A stretch of 62,949 nucleotides of DNA, counting the filler, from Trichomonas gallinae (Eukaryota): assembly GCA_008369845.1 (NCBI GenBank). It is 6 parts of 6 records of this genome, joined end to end, with 100 filler letters (N's around TTAATTAATTAA, not from the genome) between each part and the next. Parts side by side here need not be neighbours in the genome. Positions count along the whole stretch, not along the records: positions 34,060 to 43,649 come from MRSU01001562.1; positions 43,750 to 54,563 come from MRSU01001566.1; 4 more parts are not named here. One strand, written 5' to 3'. The translations under genes were made by a program, and so were the position numbers. A model generated the notes under the pieces. The model worked only from the letters and a program-made list of their open reading frames with translations. It was not told where the DNA came from and did not search any database. Positions 34,158-45,446 of the stretch are shown piece by piece (the first letter of the stretch is position 1; every line of letters starts with the position of its first letter).

Positions 34158-35010
34158 GCAGTTTACACATAAGAGTAATTCTCATAGAACTTTCATCAAA
34201 AGAGCATTCTTTTGAATTATGATAGGAGCATGATGGAACAAAATAGTTAAATTGGAAAAAATCAGTTGTAGAATTCAAATTTGAAAAAGGTAAATTTGAA
34301 TATGAATCTATAAACTCAATCTCTGAGCCAATTAGTGGCTTTTGGCAGTCTATAAACACACAACTTTTTATGGTTACATGTGATGTTGTTGTAATTGAAT
34401 GGAGAATTTTAGAATCATCGACGAAATTACAATTATTAATTATTACAGGATTATTTACAACTTCAGCCATAGACCAGTCACCTTTTCCATGAAGGCATTG
34501 TGAAAAACTTATGTAACAACTACCAATAGGATAATAACTTCCAAGATTTCCTCCATTTATACCAAAATTATCGGTACAATTAAAATTTGAAACATTGAAA
34601 TTTTGATCTTTAAAGGCAATAGTACTATCACCACATTTCTCTTCAGAAGGACCACACAAATATGCAGAACAATCTGTAAAAATCAATGCTCCTTGTAAAG
34701 ACCTAATTATACCACATACATTATCTGAATGATGGTTAAAGCAACCTTTGAAAGAATTATATGATATATATAATGTTCCATCCACAATATACATAGCTCC
34801 TCCTTCCAATGAAGTGGAGCAATCAAAAAATCTATTGCCAACAATAGATCCAACCTCATTTTTAATATTAATAGCACCTCCATTGTTCATGGATTTGATA
34901 TGAGAGAATAGATTGCATACAATTAGTATATGATTCAATCAATCACTTAAAAATGTAAAGTTGTAAACTGTCAAAATATTTAAATAGTTGAAAAATATAA
35001 AGGAAGTCAT
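34126..35010 (-). pseudogene. Pmp-like / parallel beta-helix (GGAI, FxxC) surface-protein pseudogene
   Basis: NNGGAINI, FFDCSTSLEGGAMYI, FKGC, FIDC repeats. The ATG at 35010 is in frame but is interrupted by TGA at codon 24. The C-terminus reads into the MITE. Confidence 0.6.
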
Positions 35011-36725
35011 TCAATTGACTAGGATGGCGTTGTAAATATTTAATTATTACAAAAAGTGACGCATTTTGAAAAGTTTACAAAAAAAATTCTTATAGTAAAG
35101 TTATGCTAAAATGGATCACTTTTTGCATGAATATCATATTATGCACAAAAATGAGACGAGTGAAGCGAAGTATGCTAGATTTTATGATTACGTGTCAAAA
35201 ATTAAAAATTGATATTCTTTTTGAGTCTTCATTTCGATGTCTAAAAATCACAAATCCAGTAGTTATTTTGTGAGTTTATGTTGTATATCAGATGTACTTA
35301 CCATTCTCAGAATATCATAAAGATTGTGCTGAATGATAAGTTTGCAGTTCGCTGTCTTATTAAGTGATGTTTATTACCACTAAAAAAAAATTGACAATTC
35401 ACTTTTTCTAGTGGAGGATTATTTATACTCGGCATCATTATTCCATTGAGATATCGTTTAACATTAGGATCATTTGATTTAAATTACTCTACGTTTATTC
35501 GTTGTTGATAAAAAGGTACATCGGCAAAAAATACGTTATAAAAAACTCACTTTTTTCGCGGATGTCTTGTTTTCGTTGAAACACGACAGTACCACAGACA
35601 AAGAAAAAATTTGCGTTCATGACATCGAATATACTCAGACTCATGCATGAATGTGTATCTCAGGATCATTTCAACAATATATTGAGGCAGATATCTTGAA
35701 AAATAAATTATCATCGATTCATACTCTTGTGTTTCAAGAATCGTCATTATATAACAAGTGCTTGCGAAATGAGCATCAAAAATCATAGCTTAAATTTTGA
35801 AATTTTTCATGAAAAATTGGCCCAAATTTTTGGACTCAGCATTTGATTGAATACTCATCACATCTACATTAGCAGAATATCTAATTTTGGAGAAATTCCT
35901 ACACGGATTTTTGGAGATCCAAATCTGATCTTATATTTAACGGCATCACAGATCAGATTATTCGTTATATTATTAAATGATTACGATTACACAATATAAA
36001 TATTCATTACGATACCATATTTTCTCATTTTATGAAATCACATATAAATATTTATTTTCGAGTTTTCTAATTTCTATGCATATTTTATACGCATATATAT
36101 TAATATGGCAATAGTTTAGCTGAAATGACGTCATTCTGTTATATGGCTTCTAATGATGATGCACTCTACGAAGGTACCTCGGCAGTTTGTAAATATAAAA
36201 AACTTGTAATATCATTCATATTTAATTATTTAAATCCTCGTGAAATCAACGTTTTCAGCAAAAAAAAAGTTAGATTAGGAAAGATTCGTGATTTCACAGA
36301 AAGAATCATCATGACATAGTGAACTTACATGATTAATTTGACTCCATAAATTTGGTTCCTTTTTGGCGAGGTACCTTTGTTGAAAATAATTATCTGATCA
36401 GATTAGAGTTCTTTCAACAATTAAAAGGCGAAACCCAACAAGTATGATATCATGACCGAACATAAATGTCAGATTTTAATATGTATACCTCTGAAAGAAG
36501 AAATTTGATTTGACATATGAAGGAATTTGATTTGACATATAAAAATATGCACTCTACATATCAGCTTTAGAATGATAACATTAATATGATCATCAAAAAA
36601 GTGCTATTCAAATATTTGAATGTTCTTTGAAAAAAACCAAAAGTGCGGATTCGCTTCAGAATTTTATTTTTATACGATAAGCATTCTACTTCACATGTAG
36701 ATTCCAGAAATCGCAAAAAGCCATT

Positions 36726-38192
36726 ATGTCAGAATTGAGATTTGAATACAATCAAAAAATTGACAAATCAATGGTGAACGAAGAAGCATTCTCTAGTTCA
36801 TCCGCATTGTACGATACGATGACAATGGACGATAGCATAGACTTAGACGCGAAGCGTGATTACTCCATATTCAGGATGGTTGCAATCTCATTTGCTTTAT
36901 TAGGCTACCAGTTGGCATATTCCTGTAACTTCGCTCTCATTACGCCTATTATGGTTAGATTACAGTTCTCAGATATCGTAAAACCGATCGTATGGTGGGC
37001 CGCGCCAATCACTGATCTCGTTGTTCAGCCAGTTGTTGCTTATTACTCCGACGCATCACACGCAAAGATGGGCCGCCGCCGTCCTTACATTATGGCCGGT
37101 GGTTTTGGAACAAGCGCTGGCTTTTTGCTGATTTATTTCTGCGAAGCTCTTGGAAATCTTATGTCGAAGACACCAAAGACACAAAAACTCTTTTCACAAA
37201 TCATTTTCGCAACTGCTTTCGTTCTTCAAAATATCGCCTTAAATATTTTGCAAGGACCAGCAAGATCGCTTGTTGGAGACGTTGTACCTGTACACCAACA
37301 GATAACTGCTAATACCATCGCGATTATCATGAATGGTGTCGGTGCAATTATCGTAAATCTACTCGGCGCGCTTGATGTCGGAAAACTCTTTCCAAATTTC
37401 AACAATGAACAGTGTGTCTTCATTATCGGCACGGTTGCTGTCTCATTATCTGTCATTATTACAGCAATTTTTGGCAAAGAAGTTCAATATCGTGGACCAA
37501 AGTCTCAGGATGGACTTTGGCATGAAGTTTATAGATCATTCAGATACGCGCCGAAGGAAGTCTTAAGAACTGCAATTTGTTTCGGCTTGGCCTGGTGCGG
37601 ATTTTTCGAATTCTTAGTCGAACTTACAGATTTCTTTGGTTCAATGGTCTTCAAAGGCAATCCAACTGATCCAAATACACAGGCAGACTATAACAAAGGA
37701 ATTAATTTCGGAATGGGCGTTATTGCAGCTACATACGCTATTTCGCTTGTATATGGATTCCTTCAACCAAGTATTATCAAATGCATTGGTCCAAAAGTCT
37801 GTTTTGCAGCTTCACAATTCATCGAAGTTGCAGCTTTGATTACCTTCAATTTCATGCTTGATATCAAATACAAGTGGGTATTATTCGTACTATTTGCTTT
37901 GCTGGGAGTCTCTTTCATGGCATTTAACTCAATTCCTTTTGCGATTGTTGCTATGGCTGTTTCAGAGCAGGATATGGGCAAATACATGGCTGTTGTAAAC
38001 TCATTTGGATGCATTGGACAGCAAACAGCCAACTTCGCGATTGGTTCAGGTCTTGTTGCAGCTTTTCCAGGAAAAGCTAACCTTCAAATTGCTGCTGGAG
38101 CTATTTTCGCTCTTCTTTCTGGCATCCTCACTCTTTGGATGGTTGTTCCAGATACTGCATCCGAAAATGTCACAGCAGAACCTTTAGTTTAA
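36726..38192 (+). CDS. MFS sugar transporter of the sucrose/H+ symporter (SUC/SLC45) type
   Basis: About 12 TM. WWAAPITDLVVQPVVAYYSD...KMGRRRPYI, NILQGPARSLVGD and NSIPFAI...GKYMAVVN match the family motifs. Confidence 0.88.
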   Translation: MSELRFEYNQKIDKSMVNEEAFSSSSALYDTMTMDDSIDLDAKRDYSIFRMVAISFALLGYQLAYSCNFALITPIMVRLQFSDIVKPIVWWAAPITDLVVQPVVAYYSDASHAKMGRRRPYIMAGGFGTSAGFLLIYFCEALGNLMSKTPKTQKLFSQIIFATAFVLQNIALNILQGPARSLVGDVVPVHQQITANTIAIIMNGVGAIIVNLLGALDVGKLFPNFNNEQCVFIIGTVAVSLSVIITAIFGKEVQYRGPKSQDGLWHEVYRSFRYAPKEVLRTAICFGLAWCGFFEFLVELTDFFGSMVFKGNPTDPNTQADYNKGINFGMGVIAATYAISLVYGFLQPSIIKCIGPKVCFAASQFIEVAALITFNFMLDIKYKWVLFVLFALLGVSFMAFNSIPFAIVAMAVSEQDMGKYMAVVNSFGCIGQQTANFAIGSGLVAAFPGKANLQIAAGAIFALLSGILTLWMVVPDTASENVTAEPLV

Positions 38193-38573
38193 GCGATTCT
38201 TTATTATTATGCGATTTTATGTATTATAGAAATAGAATTACGCTCTTAATTGGATTTTATCAAAAACAAAAAAAAATAGTTTTTGGCACTAAGTCCAATG
38301 GAAGATGGCTTGATCCCACAATAATTACAAAGCCCCTCCTATTTTGATTTTTGTGCTTTTCTATTTATACTCATAAAGCTATTATATATAAAAATACTAT
38401 GAATCTAATTTGGATCAAAATTGATATGCAGTATTTATTGTAAAATTTTATATATGAGGCCACATAAAAAATTATATGGATGTGAAGTTGTCAAGGTTTA
38501 TAGATATAAATCAAACTAAAAAGATTTTGGTTTTATTTCAATCTTATATAAAATAGATATCAAAATAATGTAA

Positions 38574-38645
38574 TCCGACATCGTTCATCGGTTAGGATAA
38601 GCGGTTCTCATCCGCTGGAGCGGGGTTCGACTCCCCGTGTCGGAA
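38574..38645 (+). tRNA. tRNA-Glu(CTC): tRNA-Glu, anticodon CTC
   Basis: Acceptor stem TCCGACA/TGTCGGA, anticodon arm AGCGG-TTCTCAT-CCGCT, T arm CGGGG-TTCGACT-CCCCG. 72 nt, with a downstream T-run terminator. Confidence 0.96.
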
Positions 38646-38759
38646 AATTGTTTTTTCTTTTTCAATTGAAGATACTAAATAATGAGAGCTGCGAATTGGT
38701 TCTAAATGAGCATACCTTTTCAGATTTCATTTTATTGTTACCGGTATCTAATTTCTGAC

Positions 38760-39182
38760 AATTTTCAAAGATCTCATATTTATTGTACAGAAACTATGAG
38801 CGTTGAAATAACATCAACGCAAAAAACAATCACAACAACATATCTTTGATTTTAGCTTGAGAAAAAGGTCATCATGGAGTGGTAAAACTCCTTCTTGCGA
38901 ATGCATTAATACAGCTTTGATGTGGGCTTCATCCAATTTATGAAGTTGTCAAGCTCCTTCTTGCAATTCATGGAATAGACATCAACGCGAAAAACGACGA
39001 CAGCTTTGATTATTGCATCAAGGCACCGTTATTATGAAATTGTCAAACTCCTTCTCGCAGTTCCTGGAATAGATGTCAATGCAAGAACTGATAGAAACTG
39101 TTCAGCTTTGAGTCTCGCTAAATACTATGGTCATTATGAAGTTGCCGATCTTTTGAAGGATCATGGTGCAATTTCAAGATAA
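38760..39182 (+). pseudogene. Ankyrin-repeat pseudogene (about four decayed repeats)
   Basis: GHHGVVKLLL, YEVVKLLLAIHGIDINAKN and YEIVKLLLAVPGIDVNARTDRNCSALSLAKYYGHYEVADLLKDHGA in shifting frames. Confidence 0.8.
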
Positions 39183-39434
39183 AATCAAAATTAGCATGAT
39201 ACTCGATAAATTACATCCAACTCACAAGTTTTTAAACCATTTCTATTTTGAGCTATACTTAATCTATATATACATAAATAATTTCACTTTTTACAATACA
39301 ACATTGATGAAATCTTATGATAAATTAGAAATAAGGTTAAATTTTGTAAAAAAGTGTAAAAATACAAAATCATATAAATAAAGCATAGCACTAAAATAAA
39401 AAATGAATTTTTGTTTGTTTTTTTATTTAATTTT

Positions 39435-40931
39435 ATGGAGGCTCCACCGAAAAGAGTCGTCGAGCAGCCAAGAAAGACTAAAGGGGAGGTCATTAAATCG
39501 GTCTACCAGATGATTAACGGGGAATGTGAGCAAATGGAGAAGTTCCACAACATTGTTCTCCCAATTATAATCGATTATCTCAATGCAAACGAAAAACAAT
39601 ACAAGAATTGGCCTGGTGTATGGCACTTATTCGATGGATTTCCTAATTTCTTCAAGTTTTTAAGACAAATTACGCGAGAATTTTTTGAAAATTCAAGAGA
39701 TTCGAATATTAATGGCTCATTTACATCATGGACGCAGACTATACCACATATTGTGTCCGTTTATTTAGGTTTCTTCCATGATTATCACTTAAATCAAGAA
39801 TTATTTGAAGAACTTCGCCAATCTTTCGAAGAATTCGATGAAATGTGCACATCCGCTGAAAAAGAGTACGGCATGGAAATCGGAGACTACTTCAAACAAG
39901 TTATAAACTTTTTGCCTTATTTATTAAAAGAATTGCAGCCAATGAAATACGCAATACCGCCTACAGCAAACGACTTCACTGTATACGAGAATGTCGTTGA
40001 TCAACTACAAACCGCAATTCAGAAGTCAAACGCTGCTACAACTGATGATATTCCACAAAGATATCAAGGATACTTATTTGCTAAGATAAAAGCTCATGAT
40101 TTCTTCGGAACAATATGTGAGGCCTACAAACCTGATACCTGCGATAGATATAAAGCTCATATTATATCAAAAATTTCTAATAGATCGCAATTGTACTTGG
40201 ATCAGATTAAAATGATGCTTGAAGCACTCGATAAATCACCAATGGCAAACATTTTAAAGGTAGAAGACAAAATTGAAGATGAATTATTTTATTATATCAT
40301 TTATCCGTTCACTGAGGAGATGGAATTATCAGCCATTCTTCAAAGAGGCGGGAAATTACCAGAAGAAGCCGCCAGACCGATTTTCAGACAATTAATGCAC
40401 GCAATTCAGCATTTACACTCTCTAGGCATAGTACACGGCCACATTACGCCGCAGAACATGATAATCCACAACGGCAAGGTCCGCCTATATGATTTTTCTT
40501 ACTGCCACTTCGCAAAACGCGGAGAAAAGAAAGGAAGGATTCTAAACGCGACTGCTTACGCTTGTCCGGACTCTCTCAAGGGCCACGCGTTCGACGGCAC
40601 CGCTGCTGACATCTGGTCGGCCGGCGTGATCTTGTTTGAGATGCTGACAGGAAAACCACTGTTTAACTCCAAGAACGAAGATGTTTTGAAGGCGAAAGTC
40701 ATCAGGTGCACAATTGTTTACCCTAAAGAGTTCTCGCCGTCGATTATACCTCTGCTGCGTGGTATTTTAATGCCTCTGCCAAGCGAAAGACTTTCCACGG
40801 AGCAAATTTTAAGTCATCCATGGATGAAGAAGATCCACGAGGTGACAATGAAGAATCTATTGTCAGCAACTCCACCTGTTTCGCCTTCTGTGTCTCCTCT
40901 GGCAACACGACCAACTTCGCCGTTCAAATAA
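39435..40931 (+). CDS. DH (RhoGEF)-like domain fused to a CAMK-like pseudokinase
   Basis: The N-terminal ~190 aa have a DH-like helical pattern ending IPPTANDF...VVDQL...N. The kinase C-lobe is clear (DIWSAGVILFEMLTG...ERLSTEQILSHPW), but HRD is HGH and DFG is DFS. First ATG at 39435. Confidence 0.75.
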   Translation: MEAPPKRVVEQPRKTKGEVIKSVYQMINGECEQMEKFHNIVLPIIIDYLNANEKQYKNWPGVWHLFDGFPNFFKFLRQITREFFENSRDSNINGSFTSWTQTIPHIVSVYLGFFHDYHLNQELFEELRQSFEEFDEMCTSAEKEYGMEIGDYFKQVINFLPYLLKELQPMKYAIPPTANDFTVYENVVDQLQTAIQKSNAATTDDIPQRYQGYLFAKIKAHDFFGTICEAYKPDTCDRYKAHIISKISNRSQLYLDQIKMMLEALDKSPMANILKVEDKIEDELFYYIIYPFTEEMELSAILQRGGKLPEEAARPIFRQLMHAIQHLHSLGIVHGHITPQNMIIHNGKVRLYDFSYCHFAKRGEKKGRILNATAYACPDSLKGHAFDGTAADIWSAGVILFEMLTGKPLFNSKNEDVLKAKVIRCTIVYPKEFSPSIIPLLRGILMPLPSERLSTEQILSHPWMKKIHEVTMKNLLSATPPVSPSVSPLATRPTSPFK

Positions 40932-41192
40932 TTTAATTTTTGTTTTGTTTCTAATAATTGCTTTCAATAATTAATTACATGAAAAAATCATGACTGGATT
41001 CTTGTTTTTGTGTCTTACTTCTTGTTTAAATATTCATGAAATAATTTTGTTACATACTGGCTTTCTCTTCTTTGTCGTAACTATTTAAATCAACTTTGTA
41101 GAGAGATAAAGTCAATTTAATGTTCAAAATCTCTTATTTCTCAAAAATTTCTCGATTAATCTTATATATATATCCGATTATGAGTAATTTAA

Positions 41193-41359
41193 TAAAGGTG
41201 CAGACACCCAAAATATCTTTTTTTAATAATGTCGTTCAAACTCTATGAAACTCTAATAACTTTTGGAGATTTTCTAATATGTGACTCTTATGGCTCAACT
41301 GTATGTATTGCCAGAATTTGGAAGGATTCCGCTGGGAAGATCGGGTGTCCGCACCTTTG
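41193..41359. mobile_element. 167-bp MITE with 17-bp TIRs, flanked by TTAA on both sides
   Basis: TTAA-TAAAGGTGCAGACACCC (41189-41209) ... GGGTGTCCGCACCTTTG-TTAA (41343-41363); two mismatches between the arms. Confidence 0.75.
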
Positions 41360-42024
41360 TTAAATCTCCAATTTTCAATATATAGTAAAAAGTAAACCTA
41401 AAACTTTTATATTATTTTTCTTCCATACTTAATATCATGTAAACTTCAGAAAAAGTTTAAATATGGGAATTATATAAAAAAAATAAGAAAAAACTCGAAA
41501 ATAGAACAACATCTTTTTGGTTTTATGATCTTTGCATGTTGGGAATTATGTTATTAATAATATAATGAATGAGAAAGAAGTTTGATCAGAAAAAAACGAG
41601 AAAAAAAAGTTATGGGCGCAAAAGTGTCAAAAATTTGATAGATCTCTGAAAATTTTGCAATTTAACTTACGCATATCTTATGATAAATGTAAATAAAACA
41701 AAAAAGAAAAGAAAAATAACGTGAAAATTTGAAAAAAATTCGAAATATTGTTATATTAGATTAAACTATACCATAAACAATTGTTTAATATTCTTTTGTC
41801 TTAAAAAATATATATTTCAAATGCATTAATAATTTTGATCCTATTTATCATAAAATTAAGTGAATTTAGAGAGTGAAGAAAAAAGTGGCCATTTTTGAAA
41901 AATTTGAAAATTATTGAAATTTTCTCAACTTTACAACTAATCAAATTTAATATAGTCTAAATATTCTCTATTTAATGCAATTGATCTATATATCGCATTA
42001 AAAATTTTCAAAAGAGAACAGTCA

Positions 42025-43299
42025 ATGAAATTACAGGCTTCTGACCCTTCACGCACGATAATTACTAGAGTTGACGTGATGACGAAGGAGTCAGCAACTT
42101 CTAATGGTATTTTCTTCCTGATTTTCACAATAATTTTTGGTCTCATCGCGTTTTTAATACCAAATACGAATTATGAAACTGAATATTACGCGTCTATTAT
42201 TGATAAATACACGAATCGGATTGAGATTCGAAAGGTATATAAGGGAATTGATTCGCTATCCGGATTTATTCATATAGAATTAGTTCCATTCATTTCGAAT
42301 CCGTCAAAAGTCAGAAATTCGCGCATTGTTATTGATGGCCGGCTTTTTCTCATGTCAGAAAACGGTAATGTCATAGGTGAAAGGAATATTTCTCGCTCTA
42401 TAAATTATCGAGTCAATAAAGATTACAATAGAATCATCATTACTGAGTTCGACAACATAGATTTTTCCGCATGCATTGCATTTTTCGATATTAAAACAGA
42501 CCTACGCGATCTTATGTCAGTCAAACTAACAATGGTGAGCTTAAATCGATCGATATACCTAGCATCTCTTTATTGCATTTCAGCAATGGCCATAATTGAT
42601 GGCATGATTTTGATTCTAATCATCTCGAAACGCTACAAACCATATAGTATTGATCAATGGGCAGCTGTTATTCTCTCTGGATGCTTGTTTTTGATTGATG
42701 GACCATGGATAGTTTTACAGTATTTCTCAGTACCTGGTTTCGCTGTTTCATTTTCAGTTTTAATCCAATTATTCAAAATTATTTTTTATGTTTATATATT
42801 CATCTTCTTTAGCGTAAGAACAAAGAATACTATATTCGACATATTCAACAATTACATTCTCTACCTAATTTACGTTGCAATTGCATTAATCATAATCGTT
42901 TTCGAGTTTGTAATGACAGCAGGAAAATCATTGGTCATGATTCCAGTTATAGATAAGAATACAGCGCTATTTGTTGTACTTGTCGTCTTATTTATTGGAT
43001 ATAATTTATCAATTGCAGGATTAATAATATATGGAATCTCTAAAACAGAAAATGTCGATATTTGGGCGATAACATATCATTCTGGGTTATTCATTGTCTT
43101 TATTTTCCTCAACATTGCAACATTTTTGACGAAAATTTTAGTACCAATGCTCCAATCTGGATTCAGTGCGGCCAGTGATTTGTTTTTTATATTAGAAGCG
43201 AATATGATCGTGTTTTCTATTGTTATCATGAACACTCCCTATGATAAATATGAAAACAACCCATATAGTTCGAGATTGCAGAATGATAATGTTGTGTAG
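42025..43299 (+). CDS. Multi-pass membrane protein, TMEM181/Wntless-like architecture
   Basis: One TM, a ~140-aa lumenal domain, then ~7 TM. YSIDQWAAVILSGCLFLIDGPW resembles the TMEM181 W.IEQ.W...L...L..YNDPF motif. Confidence 0.55.
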   Translation: MKLQASDPSRTIITRVDVMTKESATSNGIFFLIFTIIFGLIAFLIPNTNYETEYYASIIDKYTNRIEIRKVYKGIDSLSGFIHIELVPFISNPSKVRNSRIVIDGRLFLMSENGNVIGERNISRSINYRVNKDYNRIIITEFDNIDFSACIAFFDIKTDLRDLMSVKLTMVSLNRSIYLASLYCISAMAIIDGMILILIISKRYKPYSIDQWAAVILSGCLFLIDGPWIVLQYFSVPGFAVSFSVLIQLFKIIFYVYIFIFFSVRTKNTIFDIFNNYILYLIYVAIALIIIVFEFVMTAGKSLVMIPVIDKNTALFVVLVVLFIGYNLSIAGLIIYGISKTENVDIWAITYHSGLFIVFIFLNIATFLTKILVPMLQSGFSAASDLFFILEANMIVFSIVIMNTPYDKYENNPYSSRLQNDNVV

Positions 43300-43649
43300 T
43301 ATTTTGTTTGTATTAAAATATTGTTTATTATTAGTTCAAAACAAAATTTTATAAAATATCGTTTTTATCTATTAGCATTCTCAAAAAATGCTCAATAGGC
43401 ATAGCACATTATACTATTATTTAATTGCATAAAAAATATAGAAAAAATAAAAATATTCGTAAAAAATGAATAAAAATCGAGAAATAGCCATAAAATGGTG
43501 TGAGCATTATTATAAAATGAGTTTAAAGGCTCATTTTATGGCGAATTTTTTGAGTTTAAAAAAATCAGAAAAGTAGTATATGTATGGGGGTTATTTGCCA
43601 AAATTTGCAAATGCCTCTATGACCCCATTTTTGAAGGATTTAAGTCAAT

Positions 43650-43749
43650 NNNNNNNNNNNNNNNNNNNNNNNNNNNNNNNNNNNNNNNNNNNNTTAATTA
43701 ATTAANNNNNNNNNNNNNNNNNNNNNNNNNNNNNNNNNNNNNNNNNNNN
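43650..43749. other. Artificial contig linker
   Basis: N44-TTAATTAATTAA-N44. Confidence 0.97.
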
Positions 43750-43829
43750 ATCGAGAAAAACGCTGATTTCGATTAACCTTAAAAATGAAATTCTGAAGTT
43801 TACGAGTGGGCGTAACTGCACCCTTAATA

Positions 43830-44807
43830 ATGAGACATTCCCATATCATCGAAGGAACTGACTTAAAAGATGACACCATATTATACAAACCTGAGAATAT
43901 GGTGATGTTGTTCGAAAAGTTTAAACGAAATAAAACGCCAGAAATCGAAGAATACTTTAATACAAAATATTTTATCGAAATTGCAGAGAATATATCCAAT
44001 CAAGATGACCTTGAGCATGCAACAGTGCTTTTGATCGTCTATTTTAAGTTTTTATGCTATCGAATAGACGATATGAAAAAAGAAAAACCTATTAAAATGG
44101 TTATGATCTATCGTAATGAAGAATCTGGCAACAATCTATACTCATGTTCAGCAATTTCTAAGATTTTCCGTACATACGTCAAAAGTCCGATTTGGGAAAA
44201 AATTATTTTAAAAAACAAAGAAATTCTCAATACTATAATACCATTACTTGTATTAATACAGCATAGTGATATTAATATTTGCATGCAAATCGTAGAATCC
44301 TATTTAGATTTCAAAGATAATACGAATTCCACAATAATGGAAAAAATTGGTGAATTATTGTTTTCTTTATTCATTATAAATGATGATGATAAAAGAGATG
44401 ATGTATTCCCTGTTGTTGTTAAGGCTTATGCAAATTTTCCTCCTCAATTACAAAATAAGTACAAAAGCTACTTTAATGAAATGTACACGTATAAAGATGG
44501 TCACTATATTGAGATTATCAATGAATATGTTGCAGAATGCGTCGGCGAAAAAATTGAAGAAATTATTGAGCAAAACAAATTTTCAAGTCCTGAAGTAATG
44601 TCACAAGCAATTAAAAACATGGTGCAGACGATATTTAATGGATTCTTAATCAAACAGGAAGATTACCGAAAAATCGAAGAAAAAGCTAAGCAATACAGTA
44701 TAAATGTTAATAGACATGTCGAGCAACTTCAGACACTAGAAATTATAAAAGCTAAACATAGATCTGCAATGTTTGATGATCTTATGGAATTATCATCAGT
44801 TATCTAA
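43830..44807 (+). CDS. Hypothetical alpha-helical protein; start uncertain, close to the contig edge
   Basis: Uninterrupted ~325-codon ORF in AT-rich DNA; no recognisable motif. Confidence 0.6.
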   Translation: MRHSHIIEGTDLKDDTILYKPENMVMLFEKFKRNKTPEIEEYFNTKYFIEIAENISNQDDLEHATVLLIVYFKFLCYRIDDMKKEKPIKMVMIYRNEESGNNLYSCSAISKIFRTYVKSPIWEKIILKNKEILNTIIPLLVLIQHSDINICMQIVESYLDFKDNTNSTIMEKIGELLFSLFIINDDDKRDDVFPVVVKAYANFPPQLQNKYKSYFNEMYTYKDGHYIEIINEYVAECVGEKIEEIIEQNKFSSPEVMSQAIKNMVQTIFNGFLIKQEDYRKIEEKAKQYSINVNRHVEQLQTLEIIKAKHRSAMFDDLMELSSVI

Positions 44808-45446
44808 GTAAGAAGGAATTATAATATATTGCTATATGTTCTATACAACTCAAAAATGAAATGAATGTGCATTGCTATGAGCATTAAATAATAGAATCAT
44901 ATTACAATCATTCAAATTTGATTATATTGTATTTAATGTGCAATTATTGTATTTACATCATATTTTGTTATGTTGTATTGTCTTAAGACAAATTAGCAGA
45001 ATAAAAACTGTTGTTTAAAGATTGTATATATTACTTCAAATGAAAATCCAAACTAAATAACAATAAAGCTTTATCATATGTATTTTAAGCATGGATCTAT
45101 ATAACATATATCCATTATCTATGCTCTATATCTGTACAAAACAATGAATTTTGTTTGTGAAAAATAATGATGGATGGAAGAATTAAACAGTTTTTCTATC
45201 CATATTTTGCATGATTCACATGCTTATGTTAAGACAAATGCATTGATGTATATAGTAACTATATTAATCAACTGAGCATATTGGATTTCTATTATCAGCA
45301 AAGCTCATCCAGTTCCATTAATACATCCGTTAAAAAAAATTAAAATTGTCTAAAAAATTATGTTTTTTTGCTTGCCATATACTATGCATGAGTGGATAAT
45401 CAATTTATTTAGAAAAAAATACTTTTTGCCCAAAAAAAAAATCATT

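Noticed and set aside
35547..35786. 79-aa minus-strand ORF
   Set aside because: No motif or compositional support.
43512..43539. ATAAAATGAG/CTCATTTTAT inverted repeat near a contig end
   Set aside because: A 10-bp AT-rich stem with no second copy or other support.
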